Translations under genes and position numbers: made by a program | NCBI RefSeq assembly: GCF_006345805.1 | Contig: NC_043010.1 | Span: forward strand, 33,294,001-33,358,000 | Direction of reading: 5' to 3' | Length of the DNA: 64,000 bases | Source: Octopus sinensis | Taxonomy: Eukaryota | The notes under the pieces: model-generated | What the model was told of the DNA's origin: nothing | Seen by the model: only the letters and a program-made list of their open reading frames with translations | Databases searched by the model: none | Part shown: positions 25,255-37,500 of the stretch, in pieces | How the letters are laid out: each line of letters opens with the position of its first letter | Position numbering within the stretch: position 1 is the stretch's first letter

Positions 25255-25975
25255 ACTTGGTAACCTCACTGGTGTTGGTGCCACATAAAAAGCATTCTGT
25301 CCACATTGTAAAGTGGTTGGCATTAGGAAGAGCATCCTGCTGTAAAAGCCATATGCAAAGTAGACCTTACCAGTGCTGGTGCCATGTGAAAAGCATTCAG
25401 TTCACGTTATAAAGTGATTGGCATTAGGAAAGGCATCCAGCTGTAAAAACTGTAGTGATGCTACTGTGTAGGGTTCAGCGCGCATGCGCAGAATGGGACT
25501 ACTTCCGGGTGGCCACCGGAAGTCTTCCCCATGCGCATGTGCAGGAAACGATCCCTAAGGCCCGCTAAACTCGATTCATTCTCTCTGGCCGTCAGCCCTC
25601 GTGAACAGACGTGCATTCGTAGACTCTGATAATTACACCGACTTAGCCGCGGACGACATCGAACCACTTCAACCAACGAACAAGAAGCTGTACAACAGAT
25701 TCGGCTGTCGTTTTCCCATCAGATATACGTACACCATCGCTATTAATAAACAAACTGCTGTCTTTCACCGATAACCTGACTTCGTCCGTTATATCTTACT
25801 AAATTGTATGTGACAGGATCGGATCGACACCCTTTCAGTGATACCGATACCAGATCCTGTTACAAAACCATGCCAAAACAGACAGTGAGGCTTTGTGTAG
25901 TCCTCTGGCTTGCCAGCTCCTGTTGAGCTGTCCAACACATTGGCATGGACAAATGGATGTTAAATGATAATGATA
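25255..25975 (+). mobile_element. Degraded RTE-3'-derived repeat interrupted by solo LTR 2
   Basis: The motif GGCATCCAGCTGTAAAAAC|CATGCCAAA is split exactly by the LTR. Confidence 0.6.
25451..25864 (+). mobile_element. Solo LTR 2 (414 bp), probably Ty3/Gypsy
   Basis: Begins TGTAG and ends GTTACA. 4-bp TSD AAAC at 25447-25450 and 25865-25868, with the empty site reconstructable from the host repeat. AATAAA near 25745. Confidence 0.85.
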
Positions 25976-26989
25976 TATAATCCAAATAAGAGAAAGAAAG
26001 ACTTTGACACATCTTTAATGATCAGTACCAACTCTTTTCTGTACCAACTCTGCTTTGAATGCCAGTTTATGCAAAAGTTCAAAGTGAAAATTTATGTAAT
26101 ATTTGTGATCTTAGACATTAGAGTAGCACTTTCTCAGACCTTTATCAAATGTGCACTTTTACATGGTGTGTCTGCCAGACTTTGCATTTTGCTTATATCA
26201 GGAAGAAACAAAAAGTAAATAAAAGCATGGTTAGGGGATGAAAGAAAAAAATGATGACGAAAGAGGACAAGAACATTAAGAAGTTAAAGATGGAGAATTG
26301 GTAGAAGCAGAAGAAAGAGAAAGCTAAACAAATAGTTGAATGGTAGAAGTGAGTTAGTGTTTACAATTACAAGTAAACCGACAGACGCCAGTATCAAATT
26401 ACAATTGATGGGTGAAATATCATTTCAGTTTAGTACAAGCGACAAAATTAAAAAGGCTAAAAGGGAAAGAAGGATGAAATTAAAAACAATAGCAATACTA
26501 ATAATAGGAAAAGGATAATCCTTACTACTAAATTATGGGGGAATGGACTAGTTGATTATATTGATCCCAATGTTTCACTGGTACTTAATTTATTGACCTC
26601 GAAAGGATGAAAGGCAAAGTCAACCTTGATGGAATTTGAACTCAGAATGTAAAGACACAAAGCATTTTGCCTGGCATGCTAACGATTCTGCCAGCTCACT
26701 GCCTTGATAATAATAATGATACTATTAATAATAAAGACAATAATACTAGTATTATAAATAATGACAATAGCAATGATAATAATCCTTTCTACAAGGCCTG
26801 AAATTTTGGGTAGGGGTCTAGTTGATTACATTGACCCCAGTGTGTGACTGGTACTTATTTTATCAACCCCAATAGGATGGAAGACAGAGTCGACCGGGGC
26901 GGAATTTGAACTCAGACTGTAAGGCAGGAAGAGATACCACTAAGCATTTTGCCTGGCATGCTAATGATTCTGCTAGCTCTCTGCCTTAA

Positions 26990-26994
26990 CAACG

Positions 26995-27030
<36 letters not shown>

Positions 27031-27125
27031 TAATAATAATAATAATAATAATACCACTATTAATAATAATAAAGACAGTAATACTAGTATTATAAATAAT
27101 GGCAATAACAATAATATGAATAATG
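26990..27125. repeat. (AAT)n microsatellite
   Basis: Read directly from the sequence. Confidence 0.9.
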
Positions 27126-28450
27126 ATAATGTTCATTAACCACTAAGGGTTCACAAAAACATTGGGGACAGTACAGGACAATACAATGTGGGGTTAGATA
27201 AAAGGCATGTAAAAAATAAAACAATCTCAATGTAAATTATAACAATGAATAATTCCCCAAAAGAAGGAGACTTCTTAGGGCTGCTTGTGGAGATCCCACA
27301 AAAACCAGGATTGTGCTGACCACTAGGACAAGTGCTCTCTTTACATTGTCCTCCTTCAACTAACAGGTGCATGCTTAGTTGGACCATTCACTTGGACCAT
27401 TCTTGCAACATTCACCCACCTTTTAGTAAAATTATGGGGAAGCAGCACTTCCCTTTCCACCCTCACTTTCCATTTCAAGTTAAGCTTAAGAAGTTGAAGG
27501 CTTGGCCAAAGAGGAAAGTGTCTGTCTTCAGCCCTTTCAATATGGTTCACCACATAACCTCATTTGCTAAGGCTACCGAGCAAAGAAAGACAATCCTGCC
27601 ACCTTCCTTCCTTTCGCTTGGAAGTCCTGCCAGTTACCCCCTGGTAGTACTGCGAAGTCAAGGATTTCTGGAAATTATCCGTAGGCCCTGGCCCAAAAAC
27701 TTGAAACAGACCGACCAGTTGATTCTCACCAACGCCCAGAATCTCCCCGAGAACATCATTGTACTTGCCTGCCACTAACCCTCTATAGAAGGCCGGAGTA
27801 GATCTTCCACTGACTACTTTTCCTGATTGACAGAGGACTGTGAGCACCTGACAACACTCTGTTTATGCTTGATCCAAGACTGCAGCTCAGTCAAAGAGAC
27901 AAACTGCGGAAAATCCCATCTGAAAAACTATGACCATACCTTCTCACCATCAAGGAAGCACTGGAGATGCCATAACTTCAGCACATGTTTGTACATCAGT
28001 AGCCACAGCATGCCCAGCCCTCCATTCAGCAGATTTTTATAGCAAATGGAGCACCTGAACAAAGGAACTCATTCCTTTCACAAAAAAACAGAAGGGTGGA
28101 AAGTAAGCTAGCAGAAGTATTCTGCTGACCTTAGAATGTGACATGCAGAGACATAACAGAAAGGGAGAAAAAGAGGGAAGAAGTTAGTAAGGGGTAGGGT
28201 GTGCCTTAAAGAGTTAGAGTAGAAACTTAAAATTAAGGAAGAAACCAAAATTTGGTTGGGATATTTATTAAATATTTAGTTTTGAATAAACATATAGCTT
28301 GTAATGAAATAGGGTGAATTGAAATTAGATACAATTCAAAATTAAAATATGTCTAGGAACAGTGGTAGAGTACCAAGACAGAGTTGTAAAATAAGGAGAA
28401 AAGTATATAGTGTTGCTATTGCTATATGTAAGAATATACATACTTATATA

Positions 28451-30197
28451 CAGGGGTTGGACAAAATAATGGAAACATCTTAAAATTTCAAAGAAATTTA
28501 TTTTAATATGGGGTAGGACTGCTTTTGGCAGTAATTACAGCTTGAATTCTACGAGGTATGGACTCATACAAATTTTGATTTGTTTCCAAAGGAATTTTTG
28601 TCCATTCTTCAGCTAAATCAGTCTCAAGTCCTTGTAGTGATGATGGTTAGGATATCAACTCCTTACTTGTTTTTCTAAAATGCACCATAAATGTTCAATA
28701 ATATTGAGATCTGGGGACTGTGGTAGCCAGATAAGATGTTCAACTTCACTAGAATTTTCCTCATGCCATTCAGTAATAATTTTAGCTGTGTGAATTGGTG
28801 CATTATCATCCTGAAAGATTGCGTTTCCCTCAAGAAACAGTTCCACAACCATAGGATGAATTTGATCAGATAAAATGCTTAAATAGTCTTGACTATTAAT
28901 TCTGCCTTGAAGAGAAACCATTGGGCCAGCGGATTTCCAAGATATAGACCCCCAGGTCATCACAGATCCTCCTCCATGTTTAACAGTTGGAAGAAGGTAG
29001 TCTGGGTCAAATGCTTCTTTTGGCTGTCTCCACACATATACTTGGCTGGTGGTTGGAAATAAGATAAAGGATGACTTGTCTGAGAAAATAACATTCTTCT
29101 ACTGCTCTAGGGACCAATTCTGTAGGTTTTTACTCCACTCTAAATGCTTTGCAATGTTTGTTTTTGAAAGTAGTAGTTTTCTGATTGCAGCCCTCCCATG
29201 AAATCCAGTTTCATGCAGCTCCTGGTGAACAGTTTTTGTGGAAACTGGGTTCTCGAGGTGGTCATTAAGCTCTGCAGTAATTTTGGGAGCTGTACTGTTG
29301 TGATCCTTTCTAACAATTCACATAAGAGTTCGATGGTCCCCATCTGAAAGTTTTCGTTTTCTTCCAGAGTTTTGTTTTGACGAGATTTTTCCCTCTTTCT
29401 CAAAGACTGTCATTACTTTCGTGATAGTACTTCTTGATACACCAAACATTTCGGCTGTTTTCATTACACTAGTGCCTGCCATATGAGCACCAACAATTTG
29501 ACCTCTTTGAAAGTCCGATAGATCTGTCATTTTAATGAATTTTAATTACCTTTTTATGATGATATCTGAAAAGAAACGGCAATTTTAGCAAAACATTAAG
29601 CAATACTAATAATAAATCAAGAAACATAAAAATAAACAAGCTTTTGACAGTTTTATAGATATTTCAAAATTATGATGCTATTCGAAATCAAAATTAAATT
29701 CAATGACTGGCATCCATGCTAGTGGAGCGCTGAGAGTACCATACGAGCGTGATCATTGCCAGAGCAACAAGCAGGCCTCTGTGCCGATGGCACATAAAAT
29801 GCACCATTTGAGCATGATCGTTACCTACGTCGCCTTACTGGCATTTGCCCTGGTGGCACACGAAAAAACATTCAAACGAGGTTCTTGCCAATGCTGCTGG
29901 ACTGGCTCCTGTGCAGGTGGCACATAAAAAGTACCTGTTGAGCGTGGCCAATGCCAGTACCGCCTGACTGGCCCTCGTGCCGGTGGCACGTAAAAGCACC
30001 CACTACACTCTCGGAGTGGTTAGCATTAGGAAGGGCATCCAGCTGTAGAAACTCTGCCAGATCAGATTGGAGTCTGGTGCAGCCATCTGGTTCGCAAGAC
30101 CTCAGTCAAATCATCCAACACATGCTAGCATGGAAAGCGGACGTTAAACGATGATGATGTTGATGCTAGGTGTTTCCATTATTTTGTCCAACCCCTG
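28451..30197 (-). mobile_element. Full-length but defective Tc1-family transposon (DD36E spacing)
   Basis: TA-flanked ~30-bp TIRs CAGGGGTTGGACAAAATAATGGAAACA. The transposase is in pieces: paired-like HTH (29318-29530), VIFSD, KHGGGSVM and FQDDNAPIH...SPDLNIIE (28655-29035). Confidence 0.92.
29703..30166 (+). mobile_element. RTE 3'-UTR fragment inserted inside the Tc1 element
   Basis: AGGAAGGGCATCCAGCTGTAGAAA motif and (GAT)n tail just inside the right TIR. Confidence 0.8.
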
Positions 30198-31220
30198 TAT
30201 ATCCATCTGTTTAGTTTGTTTTGAGCAAAAGCCTCAGAATGTTCTCTTAAAAGCTCCTATGCTTCTTGTTGTCAGCTACCACCTGTCAGTCTCATCTCCC
30301 AGTGGAATGGTTATACAGGTGGAACTCCTTTCAGCTAAGGATAAATATAATAATAATAATAACTTGTGGATGGTAATTCGAAGGCTATCCCACATGTTTA
30401 TTAGTTAGGAAGTTTTCATATTCATAAGATATCTATCATAATAATGAGCTTGTTTGTAAGTTTGTCCAAAATCATGCAACAAGAGAGTAGACGTCAGCAT
30501 AAGTAAGAGTAAAAAAAAGGGAAGAGACAAAATGGTAATAACAATGAGAGAGGGATTGATATCAAACACCTCTCGCCCTCTCCCTCTCTCTTTCTCTCTC
30601 TGAACAAAAGCCTTTTCACTTTATTGATGAACACTGCCTCGCTCTTTCTCTCACTTTCTATTTACAAATGCGCACACACACTCTCTCTTTGTCTCTCACT
30701 CTTTTCACTCACTCTCTTTCTCTCTCTCAGCAACATTTTCATTTTTATTCAATGAACACTGATTTTTTTCTGATAAACATTAATAACAATATATAAGATA
30801 AGTAAATAAGATTTTTGCACCTCAAAATTATATTTTTTGTGTCTCTATGGATGTTTGACTTTTCTGGAAGATTTTTTTGTTTAAAAGACTGCAAAGTTAA
30901 TAGAATATAAGATAAGTAAATAAGTAGTAATTTTTAAGTCATAAAATTAAAATATTGTCTATTGAAAGAAAGCTTGATAATTGTAGTGGGCTGGATGTGA
31001 TGTACCCACATCCTTTTTTCCAAGCTGAGATTTGAAATCAAATCTAAGGATTCTCACTCATCTGATCCTCCACTAGCCAAACAGGTGTGAAAGAAATTTC
31101 TTTGTCCTGTCAAAAAGTGATGAATGGGTTTCCCTTCAACCTATGACCTGAGCTGTGTCATTTAAGCTTCAAGTGGACAGGAGGTGACCTACATTGGTAG
31201 AAATTACTCTTGTGGTATGT

Positions 31221-31451
31221 CTGGCGGTGAGCTGGCAGAAACATTAGCACGCCAGGCAAAATGCTTAGTGGTATTTCATCTGCCGCTACGTTCTAAGTTC
31301 AAATTCCGCCGAAGTCGACTTTGCCTTTCATCCTTTCAGGGTCGATTAAATAAGTACCAGTTACGCATTGGGGTCGATATAATCGACTTAATCCGTTTGT
31401 CTGTCCTTGTTTGTCCTCTCTGTGTTTAACCCCTTATGGGTAGTAAAGAAA
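31221..31451 (+). mobile_element. SINE (central-domain family)
   Basis: Matches 20040-20256. Confidence 0.75.
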
Positions 31452-31459
31452 AAGTATGT

Positions 31460-32335
31460 CTGTCCTTCTAGCTGTCATGACAACTATAAATACAGTCAGA
31501 CATACGACAGATGACAAACTGCGGCTAGCGCGATGTAGCGGCAGGCCTGTGCAAGGCCTGTGCCGTTCGCCCGCGTCTCCGCCGCCGAACCGTGCGTGAA
31601 ATCGAAAGCACGAAACTAAGCGGGCGGTGTCGGCCACGTACGCGTGGACCTAGCCGCGACCGATGTTGCGAGGTACAGGCGTTCGATACGGCGACGTGGT
31701 CCGTCTCGTAAATTCCCGAAAGATGACAAACTGCGGCCGCTGCCGGTAGCAGCGGGCCTGCGCCTGCCTTCGCCCGCGCCTCCGCCGCGCTACCGCGAGG
31801 CTGAAGTGCGGCTTGAGCGAAGCTGGCGCTCTCGCCCACGTACACGTGGACGTAGGCGCGATCGATGCCGTCAGTCGCCGGGAGTGCGTGGCGATATGCA
31901 CCGGGTAAAAACAGCGACGTGGTCCGACCCGTGAGTTAAGGAGGTGCTCGGACCGTAAGCAACGGATCGGCCCCGGCTGGATAGTCACGCCTCTAGGTGA
32001 CCGTCGCACCCCAAGGGGGTCCAGACTAATATGTAGGGTTGTGGTTGATCGGCATAGGTTAGCGTCTCGGAGGGATGTCCTCGTAGCTCCTTTTCTGACG
32101 ACGGTTAGCTCCCCGTTTGCCGGTGCAAGATCGATTCTACACGGCCGGCGCGTCCTCGAATTTCCGCCGCCGAACCGCCCGCCTTTCAGACGCTGCGTTC
32201 GCCCGCCCGTTGACGCCCGCGTTTGCCCGCCTTCGCCCGCCTTTTGAAGCTCGCCTTTGTCCGCCTTCGCCCGCCTCTGGACGTCCGCTTCTTCACGCCC
32301 GCCTATTAGACGACCAATTTTTTGGTGTATCCAAG
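31460..32335. other. GC/CpG-rich island with an internal ~212-bp diverged duplication, identity unknown
   Basis: Abrupt composition change. The AGATGACAAACTGCGG block is repeated at ~31509 and ~31721, with GCCCGCC repeats at 32170-32325. Confidence 0.6.
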
Positions 32336-34444
32336 AAGTAAATGCAAGTGTTGAGTAAATAAATTATTTAAAACACAATCCGATGCTTTCCCATTGTTTT
32401 ACTTTGATGTCATCCATATGCCTATTTCATCTGCTACCTCAGCATTTTTTGCTACACCATCTCACTACATAATATTGTCTGTTTAAAGAAAGCTAAATAG
32501 AAAAGGAAGGTAATTATAAATATTTACAAATACTTGCCGATACAGTGATGTTTGTAAATATTTATGAATGAAGAATTTTGCTAAGGTGGTAAGAGTGTGA
32601 AAGAGACAGAGATAGAGAATGTGTAGATCTTGCTTGGAAAAAAAAAGTCTCTGTGTATGCCATTAATATAATCCTGTGTAATTTTATACTTTGTATGGTT
32701 GTGTATAGAAATATAAACAAATTAACGTACATACACACACGCACACAAATATACTCATTTGTTTTGAAGTTTGTAATCTGTTGTATTAAATATATTTATC
32801 CACCTGCTATGGAGAATGAATCTGATAGAAGGCGATGGTTAGCCAGAGAGAGAGACAAAGGTGAAGAACAGCCAGTCTCACTCAGGAAGAACTGGATGCA
32901 AGAAGATTAAACAATACATTAAGGTTATTAAATCAATCACGAGAAGTGAGACAAGAGAGATGAGTGCAAAATGCAAGAAGACAGGCTTGAAGACGTCAAA
33001 ATGAAAAGGAGCACCTAATTGCACAAAGGAGAGATATCCAAAAAGAGGGAGAGTGGCACAAAAGTGCCGAGATGAAACAGAAGAGCAAGCAGCAGTGAGA
33101 AGAGAATATCTAAGAATGAAAGCATCACAAAGACGATGATGAAACAGAAGAGGAAGCAGCATAAAGGAGAGAAATCAATGAGAAGAATGGAAGAATTAAA
33201 CGAACCATCCAAAACAAGGCAAACTCATTGCTGGTAGGGTTTTCACTAGAAACGTAGTGCTGAAGCAATTACTGAGATAAAGGTTGTAATGTTTTTATTT
33301 TGATTTTATTATCTGTATCATTTTCATGCTGTCATTTTTGACGGTACGGGTACACAAGTTATCTAAGATTATTCTTAATACACACAAACACAACTCACAT
33401 AATACATATCCACAAGCAATACCACTTGATTCAATAAATGAATACCAGTTGCTTGACCTGCTAGAAATAACAACCGGATCTGTTCAGTTAAGTATGGCTG
33501 TGGAAGTTAAGAAGTTTGCTTTGTAACTAAGTGGTTTTGAGTTTGATCCTGCTGCGCAGCACCTTGGACAAGTGTCTTCTACCTTACCCTCAGGTCAATC
33601 AGAGCTTCTGGAATAAAAACTGGTATATGGAAGCTATATGGATCCCATTAAAGGGGCCATTCTTGGTGATAACGGTAGACTTAATCCTTAACACAACTAC
33701 CTAATCCTTGAGGAACCTTCAACAGAGTCTGCTCTTCTGCTCTGATTTCAGGATAACCTCTTCCCTTCAGTTACATGGGTTCCTGAAATTAATAATGGAT
33801 ACTGTCCTTCTTAATCATTAAAAAGAAAAAAGTTTCTAATAGTCCCTGAGGAATCAAAGTGAGCCATAATGGCCAATTCTGTTTGCTTGTATTCACTGCA
33901 ATCATCAGTACTGTACACCAACCAAAATGAAATACATTCCGATAGTCATGATAAGCACTGCATATATACATGTGCAATGTGGGTCCAGACTAGAACTAAA
34001 CCTTAACAACAGTCAAGTCAGTCACTTTATTGACTGATGGACAAGACTACAGGTTTAGTTTGACTGCTAGAAATAGGGAGAAATCTCCCTCAAATTACAC
34101 CTTACAGTCTGCTTGGTCAAGGATAACATTGGACTAAACAACTACTGCTACTATTGTTGCAACAGATAAGACTGAAGATATATTTGCTATGTCACCTGAC
34201 ACTGTCATGAATAATGATTTCTCTGAAATGCAAAATCAGAAATGTGGAAGAGAAAATAAAAGTTTTAAGAACTGAAACTTTATCCTTATGTTTCACTCTT
34301 TCTACTATTTCCCAGTTTCAGTGCATTTATCACTTCCAGTCACCTCATTACTTTTAAATCCTGCCCAATTCACTACCACTCCAATCTTTGTTTTAAACAA
34401 TAATTGAAATTAAACATTTACAGAAGATATTTCTTCTTTTTCAG

Positions 34445-34545
34445 GACTGAATGTCAAGAACAGATAAATGGTTTCTATGGCGCCAAGTTTAAGAAGTTCA
34501 GTACAGAAGAGGAAGCTCTGGCTTTTGCAGAAATTCCGGCATCAG
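34445..34545 (+). CDS. RNASEH1: RNase H1-like exon: hybrid-binding domain C-half (TECQEQINGFYGAKFKKFSTEEEALAFAEIPAS)
   Basis: Matches the HBD pattern W.EC..Q...F..A.FKKF.T..EA..F. Acceptor ttttcag, donor gtgaat. Confidence 0.9.
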
Positions 34546-37500
34546 GTGAATAGAATTTTAGTGCTGTTTGGTATAATCAGTAGAGTGTTGAATGAATATC
34601 TTGTGGTATTTAGCTCAGTTTTTTACGTTCTGAGTTCAAATCCTAGTTAGGTCAATTAACTTTCATCCTTCTGGGGCTCAATAATGGTCCAGTACTGAGA
34701 TTGATATAGTCAGCTGTTCTCTCATTGTGACTTTGTGTCTGTATCAAAAAATAATTATTGTGCAGGTTTGGTTGTGTTGTGAAGAAGCTTGCTTTGCAAT
34801 CATATGATTTCAGGTTCAGTCCTACAATGCTTGCATTTTGGGCAAGTGTCTTATACTATAGTCCAGGCTGACCAATACCTTGTGAGTGAATTTGGTAAAC
34901 AGAACATGGACGATGCCAGCACCGCCTTGACTGGCTTCCATGCCGGTGGCACATAAAAAGCACCAATCCGATCGTGGCCGTTGCCAGCCTTGCCTGGCAC
35001 CTGTGCTGGTGGCACGTAAAAAGCACCCACTACACTCACGGAGTGGTTAGCATTAGGAAGGACATCCAGCTGTAGAAACATTGCCAGATCAGACTGGAGC
35101 CTGGTGCAGCCTTCTGGCTTCCCAGATCCCCGGTCGAACCGTCCAACCCATGCTAGCATGGAGAACGGATGTTAAACGATGATGATGATGATGGAACTGA
35201 AGCCCATCACACAATGTGTGTCTGTCTTGTGTTTGTGTGCCCACCCACCATTGCTTGACAACCAGAGTTAGTTTGTTTATGTGCCCATAACTTTGTAGTT
35301 TGACAAAAGAAACTGATGTAGTAAGAACCAGACTTTTAAAAGATTAGTACTGGCTCACTTTGTTCAACTAAATCGTTCAAGGCAGTGCATGGCTGCAATC
35401 CAAAAGCTGAAACAAATAAAGATGAAAGATTGCTGTCGTAGTAGGATTAGTAGTGTCAGACAAAATGCTGTGCAGGTTTTGTTCCATCTCTTTCTATTGT
35501 GAGTTTAAATCCCACTATGATAAACTTTGTCTTTTATTTGTTGAGGGCCAATAAAAACAAAGTTCCAGTTAAGTACTATATTGGGCCACCATTAGTCAAG
35601 GTTAACCACATATCTGCTCTCGTGTATGTTTGAACAAGATTTTTGAAGAAGACTAGCAGATACCTATTCCAGTCACCCCATCAACTTGATGCCCTTGTTA
35701 TTTGCAACCCTTAAGCAAGGTAATATTTTCCCTCATAGCCAGACATGTTTTTCACAGGAGATTAGAGATAAATAGCATTGTTTTAATGATGGAGATGTTC
35801 ATTTACAATCATCACATCACACACACACAAGGAACTTCTTTTAGTTTCCATCTTACAAATTCATTCATAAAGCTTTCTTTGGCCCAGGACTATAGCAGAA
35901 GATATTTGGTCTAGGTGCCACTGAACCTGAAACCATGTGGATGACTAACAAATTTCTTAAATACACACACACTCTCTCTGTCTCTCAGTGGATATATATT
36001 TAATAGTCATTTTCCCATTTTTGCTCTCCCAAGTAATTAGTGTTTTTTTTTGTTAATATTATGTAACTAATTTGCTATTTTATTTATATATTAACAGACA
36101 AAACTCTCTCCAGTGTAGCAAAATCTATTCAACCGATTGTGAAAAAACTCATGTCCGGAGTGAAAGAAGTCTCTCCTCTCTGTCAGACACTGGTGTCAAT
36201 GCTGACTGATTTGGATGACTCAGAAGAAAGCAAAGAATTTTCAATATTAGCATATAATGTTGAAAATGATTTGGCTAAGTTGACAACAAGTGTTAAACTG
36301 GCAATTGATTCTAAGCTTTTGACAGGAACTACTAAGAGGAAGGCTTCTGATTCATCTGAAGACGCATCAGAACCTCCTGAAAAGAAGAAGTGTGTTGAAG
36401 AAGAAGGAGGTTTTACTGGTAATGTATCATGTTTTCATTCTCCTTTTAAGAGATTGTTAATATTTTATTATTGTTTTTTGTTAATGAAAACTTGCAGCTT
36501 ATTTTGCTTGGTATGATAAAAAGTGTCAGCTTCTCCTAGCCAGCAGGCTAAAGTGACACTTGTTTACTGATCATGGTTCAAGAACTCTGTGGAGAACTCT
36601 TGCAGTTCCAAGCAATGCTGATTTTTACAGGTGTTCTATTTTTACATTTGTACCAATCTTCTTGAGCTGTATTGGTATTTGATAACTGCTGATTCTTCCA
36701 CCTGCACCAATCACTATTTGTATCATGTCCACTCTCTCCATTGCCCATAACCTGTGTATTTCCCACTTCAATTCATCATAGTTGTTCACTTTTTCTTTTT
36801 CTTTCTCTTCGATCCTGTTATCACCAGACATGCTTGTCAATTATCAGGCATATTTTATTTTATTTTCTGTTCACCACAACAATGTTAGGTTTCCATTGTC
36901 TAATCTGATGATCACACTGAATCATTGTATTTCACAGGGTTTTGCAATCTTCATTCGCAGTAATTCCCTCTGAAATTTGGTCATACCATGTCTGATCTTT
37001 CTAGGCCATAATTTCCACAAATCTCCAACGGATCATTCTTGCCTCATTGTCTTGTCGTCTTTGTATTTACAGTGTGCTGATTTTGGTTATTCACTAACAA
37101 TGCACACTGTTTCACATTTGGCATTTGTCACTCTTAGTTGTGTTATCAATTTTGCACTTTAAATAGTTTGTCCTCAATGCTTGTTCTTGTGCTGTGCATA
37201 TAAGTGCTTCTGTGTCTGTCTTGGAGCTCATATCTCTTGCAAACTGACTGTACTTTTTTTTGTGTTCTTTTCTTCTTTAGATTTCTCTTTCTTAACACAA
37301 TTATCAATTTTGATGATTTTGGACTTCTTCACATGTATCAGCAATGGTTCGGTGGCATTTTTTACATATCATCCTAAGCTGCTTTTCTCTGCTTCAACAC
37401 AATCCCAGCAACTGATCAAATCCTTCCCATCCTTTCTTCTGGACAAGTACAACCTATATGTATCACTCTTGGAATAAATTGCTCCATGCACTGTCAATAG

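Noticed and set aside
27250-28050. GC-balanced stretch with ORFs of 148 and 95 aa
   Set aside because: No frame gives a recognisable motif. It is probably an old TE remnant that I could not classify.
31525-32341. GC-rich ORFs, an rRNA gene, or an HDV-like ribozyme (GGCCGGC...TCCTCG near 32143)
   Set aside because: The ORFs are Arg/Pro/Ala-rich by composition only, no conserved rRNA core is seen, and the HDV P3/P1.1 pairings could not be built.
36419-36516. Hydrophobic tail of ORF 36139-36516
   Set aside because: It is intron read-through past the donor at 36419.
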